Shown in pieces: positions 1 to 9,724 of a stretch of DNA of 24,006 nt. Both the position numbers and the translations under genes were made by a program. The stretch is from the UHGV virus genome UHGV-1462358; one strand, given 5' to 3'. Each line of letters starts with the position of its first letter. Position 1 is the stretch's first letter. The stretch is from a virus. Below the pieces are notes generated by a model. That model was not told where the DNA came from and made no database searches. It was given only the letters and a program-made list of their open reading frames with translations.

Positions 1-31
1 ACTCTTTCCCTACACGACGCTCTTCCGATCT
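1..31. other. Illumina TruSeq-type adapter remnant at contig start (technical artefact, not biological)
   Basis: Positions 1-31 read ACTCTTTCCCTACACGACGCTCTTCCGATCT, which matches the 3' portion of the Illumina universal adapter as I recall it. Confidence 0.85.
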
Positions 32-72
32 TTCTTGTTTTCTCATTGTTTTTGTTGAAAACATCCTCTCTC

Positions 73-132
73 CAGAAAGGAAATGCTAATCATGGAAAAC
101 GGAAGTTAACCGTTGATTGTTTCCTTTCTCTG
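73..132 (+). promoter_or_regulatory. cosB-like region with two terminase small-subunit binding elements (R2-like inverted at 73-86, R1-like at 118-132) upstream of nu1
   Basis: TGTTTCCTTTCTCTG at 118-132 and its inverted relative CAGAAAGGAAATGC at 73-86 resemble lambda R1/R2 (CGTTTCCTTTCT-type) as I recall them. They sit immediately 5' of the Nu1 start, as in lambda cosB. cosN itself is not in the window. Confidence 0.5.
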
Positions 133-152
133 TTTTGTGCCAGGAGTGAGCC

Positions 153-698
153 ATGGAGGTTAACAAAAAACGCTTATCCGAAATTTTCGGGGTGAGCGTC
201 CGAACGATTCAGAACTGGCAGGAACAAGGTATGCCGGTTGCCCGCGGTGGTGGCAAGGGTAATGAGGTTCTCTTTGAATCTGCTGCCGCAATCGAATGGT
301 ACAGTGCGCGCGATGCAGCCATAGAAAATGAAAAGTTGCGGAAGGAAGTTGAAGATCTCCGCATTGCTTCTGAGTCCGATCTTCAACCTGGCACTATTGA
401 ATATGAGCGACACCGACTTACGCGAGCTCAGGCTGACGCTCAGGAATTAAAAAATGCAAAAGAGTCCGCTGAAGTGGTGGAGACCGCATTCTGCACGTTC
501 GTGCTGTCGCGGGTAGCCGGAGAAATTGCCAGTATTCTCGATGGAATACCTCTGTCGGTTCAGCGGCGCTTCCCGGAGCTGGAGAACCGACATATTGATT
601 TCCTCAAGAAGGACATCATTAAGGCCATGAACAAAGCAGCTGCGCTGGATGAAATGATACCGGGGTTGCTGAGTGAATATATCGAACAGTCAGGTTAA
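153..698 (+). CDS. nu1: Terminase small subunit (lambda gpNu1 homolog)
   Basis: 181 aa, same length as lambda Nu1. N-terminus MEVNKKRLSEIFGVSVRTIQNWQEQGMP is near-identical to lambda Nu1 as recalled (winged HTH). ATG at 153 preceded by CAGGAG. Confidence 0.95.
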   Translation: MEVNKKRLSEIFGVSVRTIQNWQEQGMPVARGGGKGNEVLFESAAAIEWYSARDAAIENEKLRKEVEDLRIASESDLQPGTIEYERHRLTRAQADAQELKNAKESAEVVETAFCTFVLSRVAGEIASILDGIPLSVQRRFPELENRHIDFLKKDIIKAMNKAAALDEMIPGLLSEYIEQSG

Positions 699-2595
699 GG
701 GGCTGCAGCACTCTGCGCGGGCGGGGCTACGTTCGCTTTACCGGCCAGAACCGCAAACAGCGGTTGAATGGGCAGATGAGAATTACTATCTCCCGAAAGA
801 GTCTGCCTACCAGGAAGGGCGCTGGGAAACACTGCCCTTTCAGCGTGCAATTATGAATGCGATGGGCAATGACTATATCCGCGAAGTGAATGTCGTTAAA
901 TCTGCTCGTGTCGGCTACTCAAAAATGTTGCTCGGCGTTTACGCATATTTCATCCAGCATAAACAGCGTAACTCCCTAATATGGTTGCCAACCGACGGTG
1001 ACGCTGAAAACTTCATGAAGTCTCATGTCGAACCGACCATTCGTGATATTCCGACGCTGTTGGCGCTTGCTCCTTGGTACGGCAAAAAACACCGGGACAA
1101 TACGCTTAGCATGAAGCGTTTCTCAAATGGTCGTGGTTTCTGGTGCCTGGGCGGTAAGGCTGCAAAAAACTACCGTGAAAAATCCGTTGATGTGGCTGGC
1201 TACGACGAGCTTGCCGCTTTCGATGATGACATCGAGAAAGAAGGTTCTCCCACCTTTCTGGGAGATAAGCGTATTGAGGGTTCTGTATGGCCAAAATCCA
1301 TTCGCGGCTCTACACCGAAAGTCAAAGGTACGTGCCAGATAGAAAGGGCTGCTAAGGAGTCAGAACATTTTCTTCGGTTCCATGTTCCATGCCCACACTG
1401 CGGGGAAGAGCAGTATCTGAAATTTGGCGATGAAGAGACACCATTTGGCTTTAAATGGTCTCCGGGAGAACCTTCCAGCGTTTACTACCTCTGTGAACAC
1501 AATGCCTGTGTGATTAAACAACAAGAGCTGGATTTCCTTGAGGCCAGGTATATTTGTGATGAAACAGGTATCTGGACGCGAGACGGCCTTCACTGGTTTG
1601 CTTCATCCGGTACTGAAATTGAACCTCCTGACAGCGTTACATTCCACATCTGGACCGCTTACAGCCCGTTCACAACTTGGGTGCAGATCGTCAAGGACTG
1701 GATAAAAACAAAAGGTGATACGGGTAAGCGCAAAACCTTCGTTAACACGACCTTGGGCGAAACGTGGGAACCGAAAATAGGCGAACGACCCGATGCTGAA
1801 GTTTTAGCGGAGCGCAAAGAGCACTTTGAAGCGTCTGTGCCGGAGCGAGTGGCATATCTAACAGCGGGTATTGACTCCCAGCTTGACCGTTACGAAATGC
1901 GTGTATGGGGATGGGGACCGGGAGAGGAAAGCTGGCTTATCGACAAAATCATCGTTATGGGTCGTCATGATGATGAGTCGACTCTCGCTCGAGTGGATGA
2001 GGCGATCAACAGGACATATAAGCGCCAGAACGGTCTCGAAATGGTTATATCCCGCACTTGCTGGGATATTGGCGGCATTGATCCCACCATCGTCTACAAC
2101 CGCTCAAAAAAACATGGTCTGTTTCGTGTGATCCCTATAAAGGGTGCGTCGGTTTATGGAAAGCCGGTGGCGAACATGCCACGCAAGCGTAACAAGAGTG
2201 GCGTTTACCTCACTGAGGTAGGAACAGACACCGCAAAAGAGCAGATTTATAACCGTTTCACGCTGGTGGCGCAAAGAGACGAGCCGCTGGCGGGAGCGGT
2301 TCATTTCCCGAATAACCCAGAAATCTACGATCTAACCGAGGCCCAACAACTAACTGCTGAAGAGCAGGTGGAAAAATGGGTAGACGGAAAGAAAAAGATC
2401 GTCTGGGACAGCAAAAAACGACGAAATGAGGCGCTCGATTGCTTTGTTTATGCACTGGCGGCGCTTCGTATCAGCATATCCCGCTGGCAGCTAAATCTTG
2501 ATTCACTTCTGGCCAGCCTGCTGGAGGAAGAAGGCAGCCGTAACAATAACAAGACCCTGGCGGATTACGCGCGGGCATTATCTGGAGAGGAATAA
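673..2595 (+). CDS. A: Terminase large subunit (lambda gpA homolog; ATPase/nuclease)
   Basis: 640 aa versus 641 for lambda gpA. N-terminus MNISNSQV and the KSARVGYSK ATPase motif match lambda gpA as recalled. Start overlaps the 3' end of nu1 as in lambda. Confidence 0.95.
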   Translation: MNISNSQVKGLQHSARAGLRSLYRPEPQTAVEWADENYYLPKESAYQEGRWETLPFQRAIMNAMGNDYIREVNVVKSARVGYSKMLLGVYAYFIQHKQRNSLIWLPTDGDAENFMKSHVEPTIRDIPTLLALAPWYGKKHRDNTLSMKRFSNGRGFWCLGGKAAKNYREKSVDVAGYDELAAFDDDIEKEGSPTFLGDKRIEGSVWPKSIRGSTPKVKGTCQIERAAKESEHFLRFHVPCPHCGEEQYLKFGDEETPFGFKWSPGEPSSVYYLCEHNACVIKQQELDFLEARYICDETGIWTRDGLHWFASSGTEIEPPDSVTFHIWTAYSPFTTWVQIVKDWIKTKGDTGKRKTFVNTTLGETWEPKIGERPDAEVLAERKEHFEASVPERVAYLTAGIDSQLDRYEMRVWGWGPGEESWLIDKIIVMGRHDDESTLARVDEAINRTYKRQNGLEMVISRTCWDIGGIDPTIVYNRSKKHGLFRVIPIKGASVYGKPVANMPRKRNKSGVYLTEVGTDTAKEQIYNRFTLVAQRDEPLAGAVHFPNNPEIYDLTEAQQLTAEEQVEKWVDGKKKIVWDSKKRRNEALDCFVYALAALRISISRWQLNLDSLLASLLEEEGSRNNNKTLADYARALSGEE

Positions 2596-2801
2596 TGGCA
2601 ACACAGACTGAACTGGATGCCGCGCGCGCTGCGTTACATGACCTGATGATGGGAAAGCGCGTGGCGACGGTACAGAAAGACGGTCGAAGAGTGGAATTTA
2701 CAGCCACATCAGTCAGCGATCTCAAAAAATATATTGCTGACCTTGAATCTCAGGTTGGTACCACATCACGACGCCGGGGGCCAGCAGGGTTTTACGTATG
2801 A
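2595..2801 (+). CDS. W: Head-tail joining protein (lambda gpW homolog)
   Basis: 68 aa, same as lambda gpW. The sequence ...[40 protein letters not shown]...[10 protein letters not shown] is near-identical to lambda W as recalled. ATG overlaps the A stop. Confidence 0.9.
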   Translation: MATQTELDAARAALHDLMMGKRVATVQKDGRRVEFTATSVSDLKKYIADLESQVGTTSRRRGPAGFYV

Positions 2802-4390
2802 AAATACCATCTTTAGTGGGACCTGACGGGAAAACATCCCTTCGGGAATACGCGGGATATCATGGTGGTGGTGGCGGGTTTGGTGGGCAGCTGCGGGGCT
2901 GGAATCCGCCGAGTGAAAGTGCAGATGCCGCACTCCTTCCCAACTATTCTCGTGGAAATGCCCGCGCTGACGATCTGGTGCGAAATAATGGCTATGCAGC
3001 AAACGCCGTGCAGCTCCACCAGGACCACATCGTCGGGTCATTTTTCAGACTCAGTTATCGACCGAGCTGGCGCTATCTTGGCATCAATGAGGAGGATTCA
3101 CGCGCATTTTCTCGGGATGTGGAAGCCGCCTGGAATGAGTATGCCGAAGATGACTTCTGCGGGATTGATGCCGAACGCAAGCGAACGTTTACGATGATGA
3201 TTCGTGAAGGTGTAGCAATGCATGCGTTTAACGGTGAATTATGCATGCAGGCGACATGGGACAGCGATTCAACGCGTCTTTTCCGTACTCAGTTCAAAAT
3301 GGTTAGTCCGAAGCGCGTCAGTAATCCAAGCAACATCGGTGATACCCGGAACTGTCGCGCCGGGGTAAAAATCAATAATAGTGGTGCTGCGCTGGGATAT
3401 TACGTCAGCGATGACGGTTATCCTGGTTGGATGGCGCAGAACTGGACCTACATACCTCGCGAGCTCCCCGGAGGGCGCCCCTCTTTTATCCATGTCTTCG
3501 AACCGATAGAGGACGGACAGACCCGAGGAGCCAATGCGTTTTACAGCGTTATGGAGCAGATGAAAATGCTCGATACCCTGCAAAACACTCAGCTCCAGAG
3601 TGCGATAGTGAAGGCCATGTATGCTGCCACCATCGAGAGTGAGCTGGATACGCAGACGGCGATGGATTTCATTCTCGGCGCGGATAATAAAGAGCAGCAG
3701 AGCAAACTGACGGGCTGGCTCGGTGAAATGGCGTCCTATTACTCAGCTGCGCCGGTTCGCCTGGGTGGGGCAAGGGTTCCACACCTGTTGCCGGGTGATT
3801 CTCTCAACCTTCAGTCGGCGCAGGATACCGATAACGGCTACTCGACTTTTGAACAGTCACTGCTGCGCTATATTGCCGCTGGGCTGGGTGTATCGTATGA
3901 GCAGCTTTCGCGAAATTATTCTCAGATGAGTTACTCGACTGCGCGCGCAAGCGCTAACGAGTCATGGGCGTACTTCATGGGCCGTCGCAAGTTTGTGGCA
4001 TCCCGACAGGCCTGTCAGATGTTTCTTTGCTGGCTGGAAGAGGCAATTGTCCGCCGCGTGGTCACACTTCCTTCAAAAGCCAGATTCAGCTTTCAGGAAG
4101 CGAGAACAGCCTGGGGAAATGCCAACTGGATCGGCTCAGGCCGCATGGCTATTGACGGGCTGAAAGAGGTACAGGAAGCCGTCATGCTCATCGAGGCTGG
4201 TCTCAGTACGTATGAGAAAGAATGCGCCAAACGCGGTGATGATTATCAGGAGATTTTTGCCCAGCAGGTCCGGGAAACAATGGAGCGTCGTGCTGCGGGT
4301 CTGAAACCACCGGCATGGGCCGCTGCCGCTTTTGAGGCTGGACTGAAAAAATCAAACGAGGAGGAGCAAGATGGCGCACGAGCTGCGTAA
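2798..4390 (+). CDS. B: Portal protein (lambda gpB homolog)
   Basis: 530 aa. [28 protein letters not shown] and the C-terminal [42 protein letters not shown] match lambda gpB as recalled. Position after W is syntenic. Confidence 0.95.
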   Translation: MKIPSLVGPDGKTSLREYAGYHGGGGGFGGQLRGWNPPSESADAALLPNYSRGNARADDLVRNNGYAANAVQLHQDHIVGSFFRLSYRPSWRYLGINEEDSRAFSRDVEAAWNEYAEDDFCGIDAERKRTFTMMIREGVAMHAFNGELCMQATWDSDSTRLFRTQFKMVSPKRVSNPSNIGDTRNCRAGVKINNSGAALGYYVSDDGYPGWMAQNWTYIPRELPGGRPSFIHVFEPIEDGQTRGANAFYSVMEQMKMLDTLQNTQLQSAIVKAMYAATIESELDTQTAMDFILGADNKEQQSKLTGWLGEMASYYSAAPVRLGGARVPHLLPGDSLNLQSAQDTDNGYSTFEQSLLRYIAAGLGVSYEQLSRNYSQMSYSTARASANESWAYFMGRRKFVASRQACQMFLCWLEEAIVRRVVTLPSKARFSFQEARTAWGNANWIGSGRMAIDGLKEVQEAVMLIEAGLSTYEKECAKRGDDYQEIFAQQVRETMERRAAGLKPPAWAAAAFEAGLKKSNEEEQDGARAA

Positions 4391-5714
4391 TCTTCCGCAT
4401 ATCGCCAGTATGGCCTTTAATGAGCCGCTGATGCTTGAACCCGCCTACGCGCGGGTTTTCTTTTGTGCCTTAGCTGGTCAGCTGGGCATCACCCGGCTGA
4501 CAGATACCGTCTCTGGCATCACGCTTGACGCCGGACAAATAGCCGAACCGCTGGCGCTGTTTGGTGAAGATGATGACATGGATACCCGACCATCGCGAAG
4601 CTATCAGGTGGCAAATGGCATCGCGGTCTTGCCGGCTTCCGGCACTCTGGTGAGTAAAACCCGTGCGCTGCAGCCTTATTCCGGGATGACGGGTTACAAC
4701 GGGATCATCGCTCGCCTGCAGCAGGCCATCAGTGACCCCGGCGTCGACGGCATTCTACTGGACATGGATACGCCGGGTGGCATGGTGTCCGGGGCGTTTG
4801 ACTGCGCCGACATTATTGCCCGTATGCGCGATATCAAACCCATCTGGGCGCTGGCCAATGACATGAACTGCAGTGCAGGTCAGCTTATTGCCAGTTCGGC
4901 ATCGCGACGGCTGGTCACACAAACGGCCAGAACCGGCTCCATTGGGGTCATGATGGCGCACAGTAACTATGGCGCTGCGCTCAAAACTAACGGCGTTGAG
5001 GTCACGCTGATTTACAGCGGCGATCGCAAGGTCGACGGCAACCCTTACGAAAAGCTTCCGAAAGATGTGCGTGCTGATTTCCAGACGCGTATCGATGCCA
5101 CTCGTCAGATGTTTGCCGAAAAGGTTTCCGCTTATACCGGCATGTCTGTTCAGGACGTGCTGGACACCGAAGCGGCAGTATTCTCCGGCCAGGAATCTTT
5201 GGATAACGGGCTGGCGGATGAACTTGTTAACAATACCGATGCGCTCGGCGTGATGCGCGAAGCACTCGACAGACGCAAAAAAACAACCCTTGGAGGAACT
5301 ATGCCATCACCTTCTGCATCAGCTGTGACCACTAAGCCAGTTGACCAGGCAGCAACTCAGACAACTGCATCAGCTGAACAGGCCACTACCGTTGACACGA
5401 CAATTGCTTCCGTAGCAGCCCCTGTAGATGTCAGTGCGCAGGTTACTGCAGCAGTAGCTGCAGAGAATAGTCGCATCATGGGCATCCTGAACTGCGACGA
5501 GGCTAAAGGGCGTGAGTCACAGGCGCGAGCACTGGCCGAAACGCCGGGTATGACGGTAGAGAGCGCACAGCGCATTCTGGCTGCTGCACCGCAAAGTGCC
5601 CAGACGCGTACCGATACGGCGCTGGATCGTTTGATGGAAACAGCACCCGGTGCACTCCAAGCAGGTAGCGCATCTTCTGATGCCGCTGACGATTTGTTAA
5701 ACACCCCCGTTTAA
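4371..5714 (+). CDS. C: Head maturation protease / scaffold (lambda gpC homolog)
   Basis: 447 aa. N-terminus [37 protein letters not shown] and the C-terminal AAVAAENSRIMGILNC...LLNTPV match lambda gpC as recalled. Overlaps the B 3' end. Confidence 0.9.
   Translation: MAHELRNLPHIASMAFNEPLMLEPAYARVFFCALAGQLGITRLTDTVSGITLDAGQIAEPLALFGEDDDMDTRPSRSYQVANGIAVLPASGTLVSKTRALQPYSGMTGYNGIIARLQQAISDPGVDGILLDMDTPGGMVSGAFDCADIIARMRDIKPIWALANDMNCSAGQLIASSASRRLVTQTARTGSIGVMMAHSNYGAALKTNGVEVTLIYSGDRKVDGNPYEKLPKDVRADFQTRIDATRQMFAEKVSAYTGMSVQDVLDTEAAVFSGQESLDNGLADELVNNTDALGVMREALDRRKKTTLGGTMPSPSASAVTTKPVDQAATQTTASAEQATTVDTTIASVAAPVDVSAQVTAAVAAENSRIMGILNCDEAKGRESQARALAETPGMTVESAQRILAAAPQSAQTRTDTALDRLMETAPGALQAGSASSDAADDLLNTPV
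5304..5714 (+). CDS. nu3: Nested in-frame scaffolding protein (lambda Nu3-like), translated from an internal start within C
   Basis: In-frame ATG at 5304 preceded by GGAGGA (5295-5300). Lambda encodes Nu3 in-frame within the 3' third of C. Ala/Thr/Gln-rich composition fits a scaffold. Confidence 0.5.
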   Translation, partial: PSPSASAVTTKPVDQAATQTTASAEQATTVDTTIASVAAPVDVSAQVTAAVAAENSRIMGILNCDEAKGRESQARALAETPGMTVESAQRILAAAPQSAQTRTDTALDRLMETAPGALQAGSASSDAADDLLNTPV

Positions 5715-5723
5715 GAGGCTATC

Positions 5724-6056
5724 ATGGCAATTACTGAAGTTTTCACACATAACCAGCCGCTCGGTAACAGCGACCCGGCGCACACTGCGTATGGTCCTGG
5801 CGAACTGACAGCTTCCACTCCAGCCATGACGCCGCTCATGCTGGATGCCACTTCTGGCAAGCTGGCCGTCTGGGATGGTGCTCATGCTGGCGCGGCAATG
5901 GGCATCCTGGCTGTAACCGCAGACCAGAACAGCGCGGAACTGGCATTTTACAAATCTGGCTCTTTCCGTATTGAAGATGTCCTCTGGCCATCTGCCGTCA
6001 CCGACGACAACATTAAACGTAACGCGTTCGCCGGTACTGCAATCAGCATCGTTTAA
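5724..6056 (+). CDS. D: Head decoration protein (lambda gpD homolog)
   Basis: 110 aa, same as lambda gpD. NSDPAHTA...PAMTPLMLD...[10 protein letters not shown] matches lambda D as recalled. Confidence 0.9.
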   Translation: MAITEVFTHNQPLGNSDPAHTAYGPGELTASTPAMTPLMLDATSGKLAVWDGAHAGAAMGILAVTADQNSAELAFYKSGSFRIEDVLWPSAVTDDNIKRNAFAGTAISIV

Positions 6057-6088
6057 TCCGCATTTCTACAACCATCATCATTCATAAA

Positions 6089-6110
6089 AGCCGCCTGCGC
6101 GGCTTTTTTT
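6089..6110 (+). terminator. Rho-independent terminator-like hairpin between D and E
   Basis: AGCCGC-CTGC-GCGGCT stem-loop at 6089-6104 followed directly by TTTTTTT (6104-6110), 14 nt before the E start codon. Confidence 0.55.
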
Positions 6111-6123
6111 ACGGGAAATATCT

Positions 6124-7149
6124 ATGTCCGTTTACACCACTGCCCAGCTGCTGGCGGTCAATGAGAAGAAATTCAAATTCGATCCGCTTTTCCTGCGTAT
6201 CTTTTTCCGCGAAACCTATCCCTTCAGTACAGAGAAGGTTTACCTGTCGCAAATTCCTGGCCTGGTCAATATGGCGCTTTACGTCTCGCCGATTGTCTCC
6301 GGCAAAGTGATCCGCTCCCGTGGCGGCAGCACGTCTGAATTCACGCCGGGTTATGTGAAGCCGAAACACGAAGTTAACCCACTGATGACTCTCCGCCGCC
6401 TGCCGGATGAGGATCCGCAGAATCTCGCTGACCCGGTCTATCGCCGTCGCCGCATTATCCTTCAGAACATGAAGGATGAAGAGCTGGCGATTGCTCAGGT
6501 CGAAGAGAAACAGGCTGTTTCGGCGGTGCTCAGCGGTAAATACACCATGACCGGGGAAGCGTTCGAGCCTGTTGAAGTCGATATGGGCCGCAGCGCTGGT
6601 AACAACATTGTCCAGGCCGGTGCGGCTGCATGGTCAACCCGCGACAAAGAAACGTATGACCCGACCGATGACATTGAAGCCTACGCGCTCAACGCCAGCG
6701 GTGTGGTCAACATCATTGTGTTCGATCCGAAAGGCTGGGCGCTGTTCCGTTCCTTCAAGGCTGTTGAGAAGAAGCTGGATACGCGTCGTGGTTCTAACTC
6801 TGAGCTGGAAACTGCCGTGAAAGACCTGGGTATGGCTGTTTCATACAAGGGGATGTTTGGCGATGTGGCCATCGTGGTGTACTCCGGCCAGTACGTCGAA
6901 AACGACGTCAAAAAGAATTATCTGCCGGACCTGACAATGGTGCTGGGGAATACCCAGGCTCGTGGCCTGCGTACCTATGGCTGCATTCTTGATGCTGATG
7001 CCCAGCGCGAAGGTATCAATGCCTCGACACGCTACCCGAAAAACTGGGTGCAGTCGGGGGATCCGGCGCGCGAATTCACCATGATTCAGTCAGCTCCGCT
7101 GATGCTGCTGCCAGACCCTGACGCATTCGTCTCCGTCAAACTGGCATAA
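6124..7149 (+). CDS. E: Major capsid protein (lambda gpE homolog)
   Basis: 341 aa, same as lambda gpE. Long stretches (EKVYLSQIPGLVNMALYVSPIVSG..., DPTDDIEAYALNASGVVNIIVFDPKGWALFRSFKAV) are near-identical to lambda E as recalled. Confidence 0.95.
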   Translation: MSVYTTAQLLAVNEKKFKFDPLFLRIFFRETYPFSTEKVYLSQIPGLVNMALYVSPIVSGKVIRSRGGSTSEFTPGYVKPKHEVNPLMTLRRLPDEDPQNLADPVYRRRRIILQNMKDEELAIAQVEEKQAVSAVLSGKYTMTGEAFEPVEVDMGRSAGNNIVQAGAAAWSTRDKETYDPTDDIEAYALNASGVVNIIVFDPKGWALFRSFKAVEKKLDTRRGSNSELETAVKDLGMAVSYKGMFGDVAIVVYSGQYVENDVKKNYLPDLTMVLGNTQARGLRTYGCILDADAQREGINASTRYPKNWVQSGDPAREFTMIQSAPLMLLPDPDAFVSVKLA

Positions 7150-7194
7150 CTTCCCCCAGTGGCCCTGTCGGGCCACCTTTCTGGAGTATTTCCC

Positions 7195-7620
7195 ATGACA
7201 GAAAAAGAAAAGCTGGTCGCCCGCCTGAATGAACTTGGGACCCAGCTTAACCGCGAGGTCAGTACCAGCGGCACCATTCAGGAACTGACGATGCGTATTG
7301 CTGAGCTTGAAGAGGAACTGGATGGCAATGCCGGGTCAGTTGACGGTGAAAACGGCGTGCAGAATGCTTCCGACAGCACCGACAGCACCGACAGCACCGA
7401 CAGCACCGACAACAATGTTGCTAACGTGGCAAAAGTAAAAACGGAATCGGCCACAACGGGTGACCTGGTATCAGTAGAAACGCTGGCCACCCTGCATATT
7501 GACGCTCTGCATGCCACGCGTAACGAGCCGGTATCTATCGTAGAGCCTGGTGTGATTATCCGCGTATCTGAACAGGATGCCGACGACTTGATCGCAAAGG
7601 GGCTGGCTTTCGAAGTCTGA
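7195..7620 (+). CDS. FI: DNA-packaging/head assembly protein (lambda gpFI homolog)
   Basis: Start moved from the track's GTG at 7159 to ATG at 7195, preceded by GGAG; MTEKEKLVARLNELGTQLNREV parallels the lambda FI N-terminus. The C-terminal LATLHIDALHATRNEPV motif also matches lambda FI as recalled. Confidence 0.8.
   Translation: MTEKEKLVARLNELGTQLNREVSTSGTIQELTMRIAELEEELDGNAGSVDGENGVQNASDSTDSTDSTDSTDNNVANVAKVKTESATTGDLVSVETLATLHIDALHATRNEPVSIVEPGVIIRVSEQDADDLIAKGLAFEV
7372..7410 (+). repeat. Perfect 9-bp tandem repeat (GACAGCACC x4.3) inside FI, encoding (DST)n linker
   Basis: GACAGCACC repeated four times plus GAC, directly visible at 7372-7410. Encodes DSTDSTDSTDSTD in the acidic linker between the FI N- and C-terminal domains. 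Confidence 0.9.
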
Positions 7621-7630
7621 AGGGGGCCAC

Positions 7631-7984
7631 ATGGCTGATTTCGATAATCTCTTTGACGAGGCCATGTCGCGAGCTGATAGCGCTATCCGTGGTGTGATGG
7701 GCACAGAGGCAAAGGTGATGTCAGGCGCTTTGTCAGGTGCCACCCTGGTCGGTGTATTCGATGATCCAGAAAATATCGGATATGCCGGTGCCGGGATTCG
7801 TGTTGAAGGAACCAGCCCGACCCTGTTTGTGGAAACCGCCACTGTCAGGCAGCTGCAGCGTATGGACACGCTGACGATTAACGGTCGGCAATTCTGGGTT
7901 GAACGTATTGGTCCGGATGACTGTGGCTCCTGTCATATCTGTCTGGGTAACGGCTCTCCACCTGCATCTTCGCGTCGCCGTTAA
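7631..7984 (+). CDS. FII: Head-tail connector protein (lambda gpFII homolog)
   Basis: 117 aa, same as lambda FII. MADFDNLFD... and the C-terminal ...RRR match as recalled. Confidence 0.9.
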   Translation: MADFDNLFDEAMSRADSAIRGVMGTEAKVMSGALSGATLVGVFDDPENIGYAGAGIRVEGTSPTLFVETATVRQLQRMDTLTINGRQFWVERIGPDDCGSCHICLGNGSPPASSRRR

Positions 7985-7993
7985 GGAGCGCAT

Positions 7994-8548
7994 ATGTCCA
8001 TAAAAGGCCTTGAACAGGCCATAGAAAACCTTAACAGCATCAGCAAAACGGCTGTTCCGCGGGCATCGGCGCAGGCCGTTAACCGCGTGGCAAACCGGGC
8101 CGTCAGCCGCAGCGTGGCAGTCGTATCAAAAGATACGCGCGTACCGCGAAAACTGGTAAAGCAACGCGCCAGGGTGAAGCGTGCGACGGTCAATAGACCT
8201 CGTGCACTTATCCGGGTAAACCGGGGAAATTTACCGGCCATTAAACTCGGTACCGCAAGCGTGCGACTTTCCCGCAGAAAACGGGACAAGAAAGGGGCCA
8301 ACAGCGTTCTGCGCATAGGGCCATTTCGTTTTCCGGGCGGCTTTATCCAGCAACTTAAAAATGGTCGCTGGCATGTCATGAGGCGGACTTCAAAACCTCG
8401 TTACCCCATTGAAGTGGTCAGCATCCCGCTGGCAGCTCCATTAACTACGGCATTTAAAGAAGAACTGCCGAAGCTCATGGAGTCAGATATGCCCAAAGAG
8501 CTCCGAGCATCCCTTACCAACCAACTCAGGTTAATTCTGACACGATGA
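7994..8548 (+). CDS. Z: Tail completion protein (lambda gpZ homolog)
   Basis: 184 aa basic protein at the syntenic position between FII and U. ATG at 7994 preceded by AAGGAG. Confidence 0.8.
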   Translation: MSIKGLEQAIENLNSISKTAVPRASAQAVNRVANRAVSRSVAVVSKDTRVPRKLVKQRARVKRATVNRPRALIRVNRGNLPAIKLGTASVRLSRRKRDKKGANSVLRIGPFRFPGGFIQQLKNGRWHVMRRTSKPRYPIEVVSIPLAAPLTTAFKEELPKLMESDMPKELRASLTNQLRLILTR

Positions 8549-8943
8549 AACACAGCGATATTCGCAAGGTGATTATTGACGCGCTGGAAAGCGCGATTGG
8601 TACTGATGTCATTTATTTTGACGGCAGACCTGCAGTGCTCGAAGAGGGTGATTTTCCCGCTGTTGCCGTCTACCTGACAGATGCGGAATACACAGGGGAA
8701 GAACTGGACGCCGATAGCTGGCAGGCCATTCTGCATATCGAAGTCTTTCTTGAGGCTCAGGTACCTGATTCTGATCTGGATGACTGGATGGAGACGAGAG
8801 TGTATCCGGTTCTCGCAGAGGTTCCGGGGCTTGAATCTCTTATCACCACAATGGTTCAGCAGGGCTATGACTACCAGCGCGATGACGATATGGCGCTGTG
8901 GAGTTCTGCCGACCTGAAATATTCCATTACTTACGACATGTGA
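8545..8943 (+). CDS. U: Tail terminator protein (lambda gpU homolog)
   Basis: 132 aa versus 131 for lambda gpU. ATGA overlap with the Z stop. Syntenic position before V. Confidence 0.85.
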   Translation: MKHSDIRKVIIDALESAIGTDVIYFDGRPAVLEEGDFPAVAVYLTDAEYTGEELDADSWQAILHIEVFLEAQVPDSDLDDWMETRVYPVLAEVPGLESLITTMVQQGYDYQRDDDMALWSSADLKYSITYDM

Positions 8944-8950
8944 GGACCCT

Positions 8951-9688
8951 ATGGCCACACCAAACCCGCTGGCACCAACAAAAGGTGCTGGTACCACCCT
9001 CTGGGTTTACACCGGAACTGGTGATCCATACGCCAATCCGCTTTCAGACGTTGACTGGCTGCGCCTGGCAAAGATTAAAGACCTGCAGCCCGGAGAACTG
9101 ACAGCTGAATCGGAAGATGACACCTACATCGATGATGAGAATGCCGACTGGACATCAACGATGCAGGGGCAGAAATCAGCCGGTGAAACAAACCTGACGC
9201 TCGCATGGATGCCGGAGGATTCCGGTCAGCAGGACCTGGTGAACTGGTTCGATGAAGGCACCGTGAAGGGGTATAAAATCAAATATCCGAATGGTGTTGT
9301 CGATGTCTTTAAGGGCTGGGTGAGCAGTCTCGGCAAGACCATCTCGTCTAAAGAGGTCATGACCCGCACGGCAAAAATCACCAACAATGGCAAACCATCG
9401 CTGGCCGAAGACAGTGGTACCGCGCCGATTGCCGTTACGGGGATCAGCCTGGATAAATCCACGGCGGCTGTGGCTGTCGCGGCCACGACGCAACTGGTTG
9501 TTTCTGTCCTGCCAGCAAGTGCTTCAGATAAGTCTTTCCGCGTAGCCAGTTCTGATCCGTCAAAAGCAACGGTCACCGTCAGCGGCAATACCCTGACTGT
9601 TACCGGCGTGGCGGCAGGCACCGTCGAGATCATCGTAATGAGCAATGACGGTAACTTTGTGGCGATCTGCAAAGTCACTGTTTCCTGA
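8951..9688 (+). CDS. V: Major tail tube protein (lambda gpV homolog) with C-terminal Ig-like (Big_2-type) domain
   Basis: 245 aa versus 246 for lambda gpV. The C-terminal ~90 aa ([15 protein letters not shown]...[23 protein letters not shown]...) has the alternating beta-strand pattern of a bacterial Ig-like domain, as in lambda gpV. Confidence 0.95.
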   Translation: MATPNPLAPTKGAGTTLWVYTGTGDPYANPLSDVDWLRLAKIKDLQPGELTAESEDDTYIDDENADWTSTMQGQKSAGETNLTLAWMPEDSGQQDLVNWFDEGTVKGYKIKYPNGVVDVFKGWVSSLGKTISSKEVMTRTAKITNNGKPSLAEDSGTAPIAVTGISLDKSTAAVAVAATTQLVVSVLPASASDKSFRVASSDPSKATVTVSGNTLTVTGVAAGTVEIIVMSNDGNFVAICKVTVS

Positions 9689-9692
9689 TAAC

Positions 9693-9708
9693 CGGGGCGA
9701 AAGCCCCG
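9693..9708 (+). other. GC stem-loop with GAAA tetraloop just downstream of V (possible mRNA stabiliser or weak attenuator)
   Basis: CGGGGC-GAAA-GCCCCG at 9693-9708, 5 nt after the V stop. Only two T follow, so it is not a canonical intrinsic terminator. Confidence 0.35.
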
Positions 9709-9724
9709 TTCCCCCGGAGTAATT

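Noticed and set aside
7159-7194. GTG at 7159 as FI start
   Set aside because: It lies within the hairpin after E. ATG at 7195 has a GGAG RBS and matches the lambda FI N-terminus pattern.
7372-7410. Possible CRISPR-like repeat
   Set aside because: 9-bp direct tandem repeat without spacers, inside a coding region; it is a coding microsatellite, not a CRISPR array.
8401-8997. 198-aa minus-strand ORF overlapping Z, U and the V start
   Set aside because: Antisense to three conserved tail genes; most likely a chance open frame.
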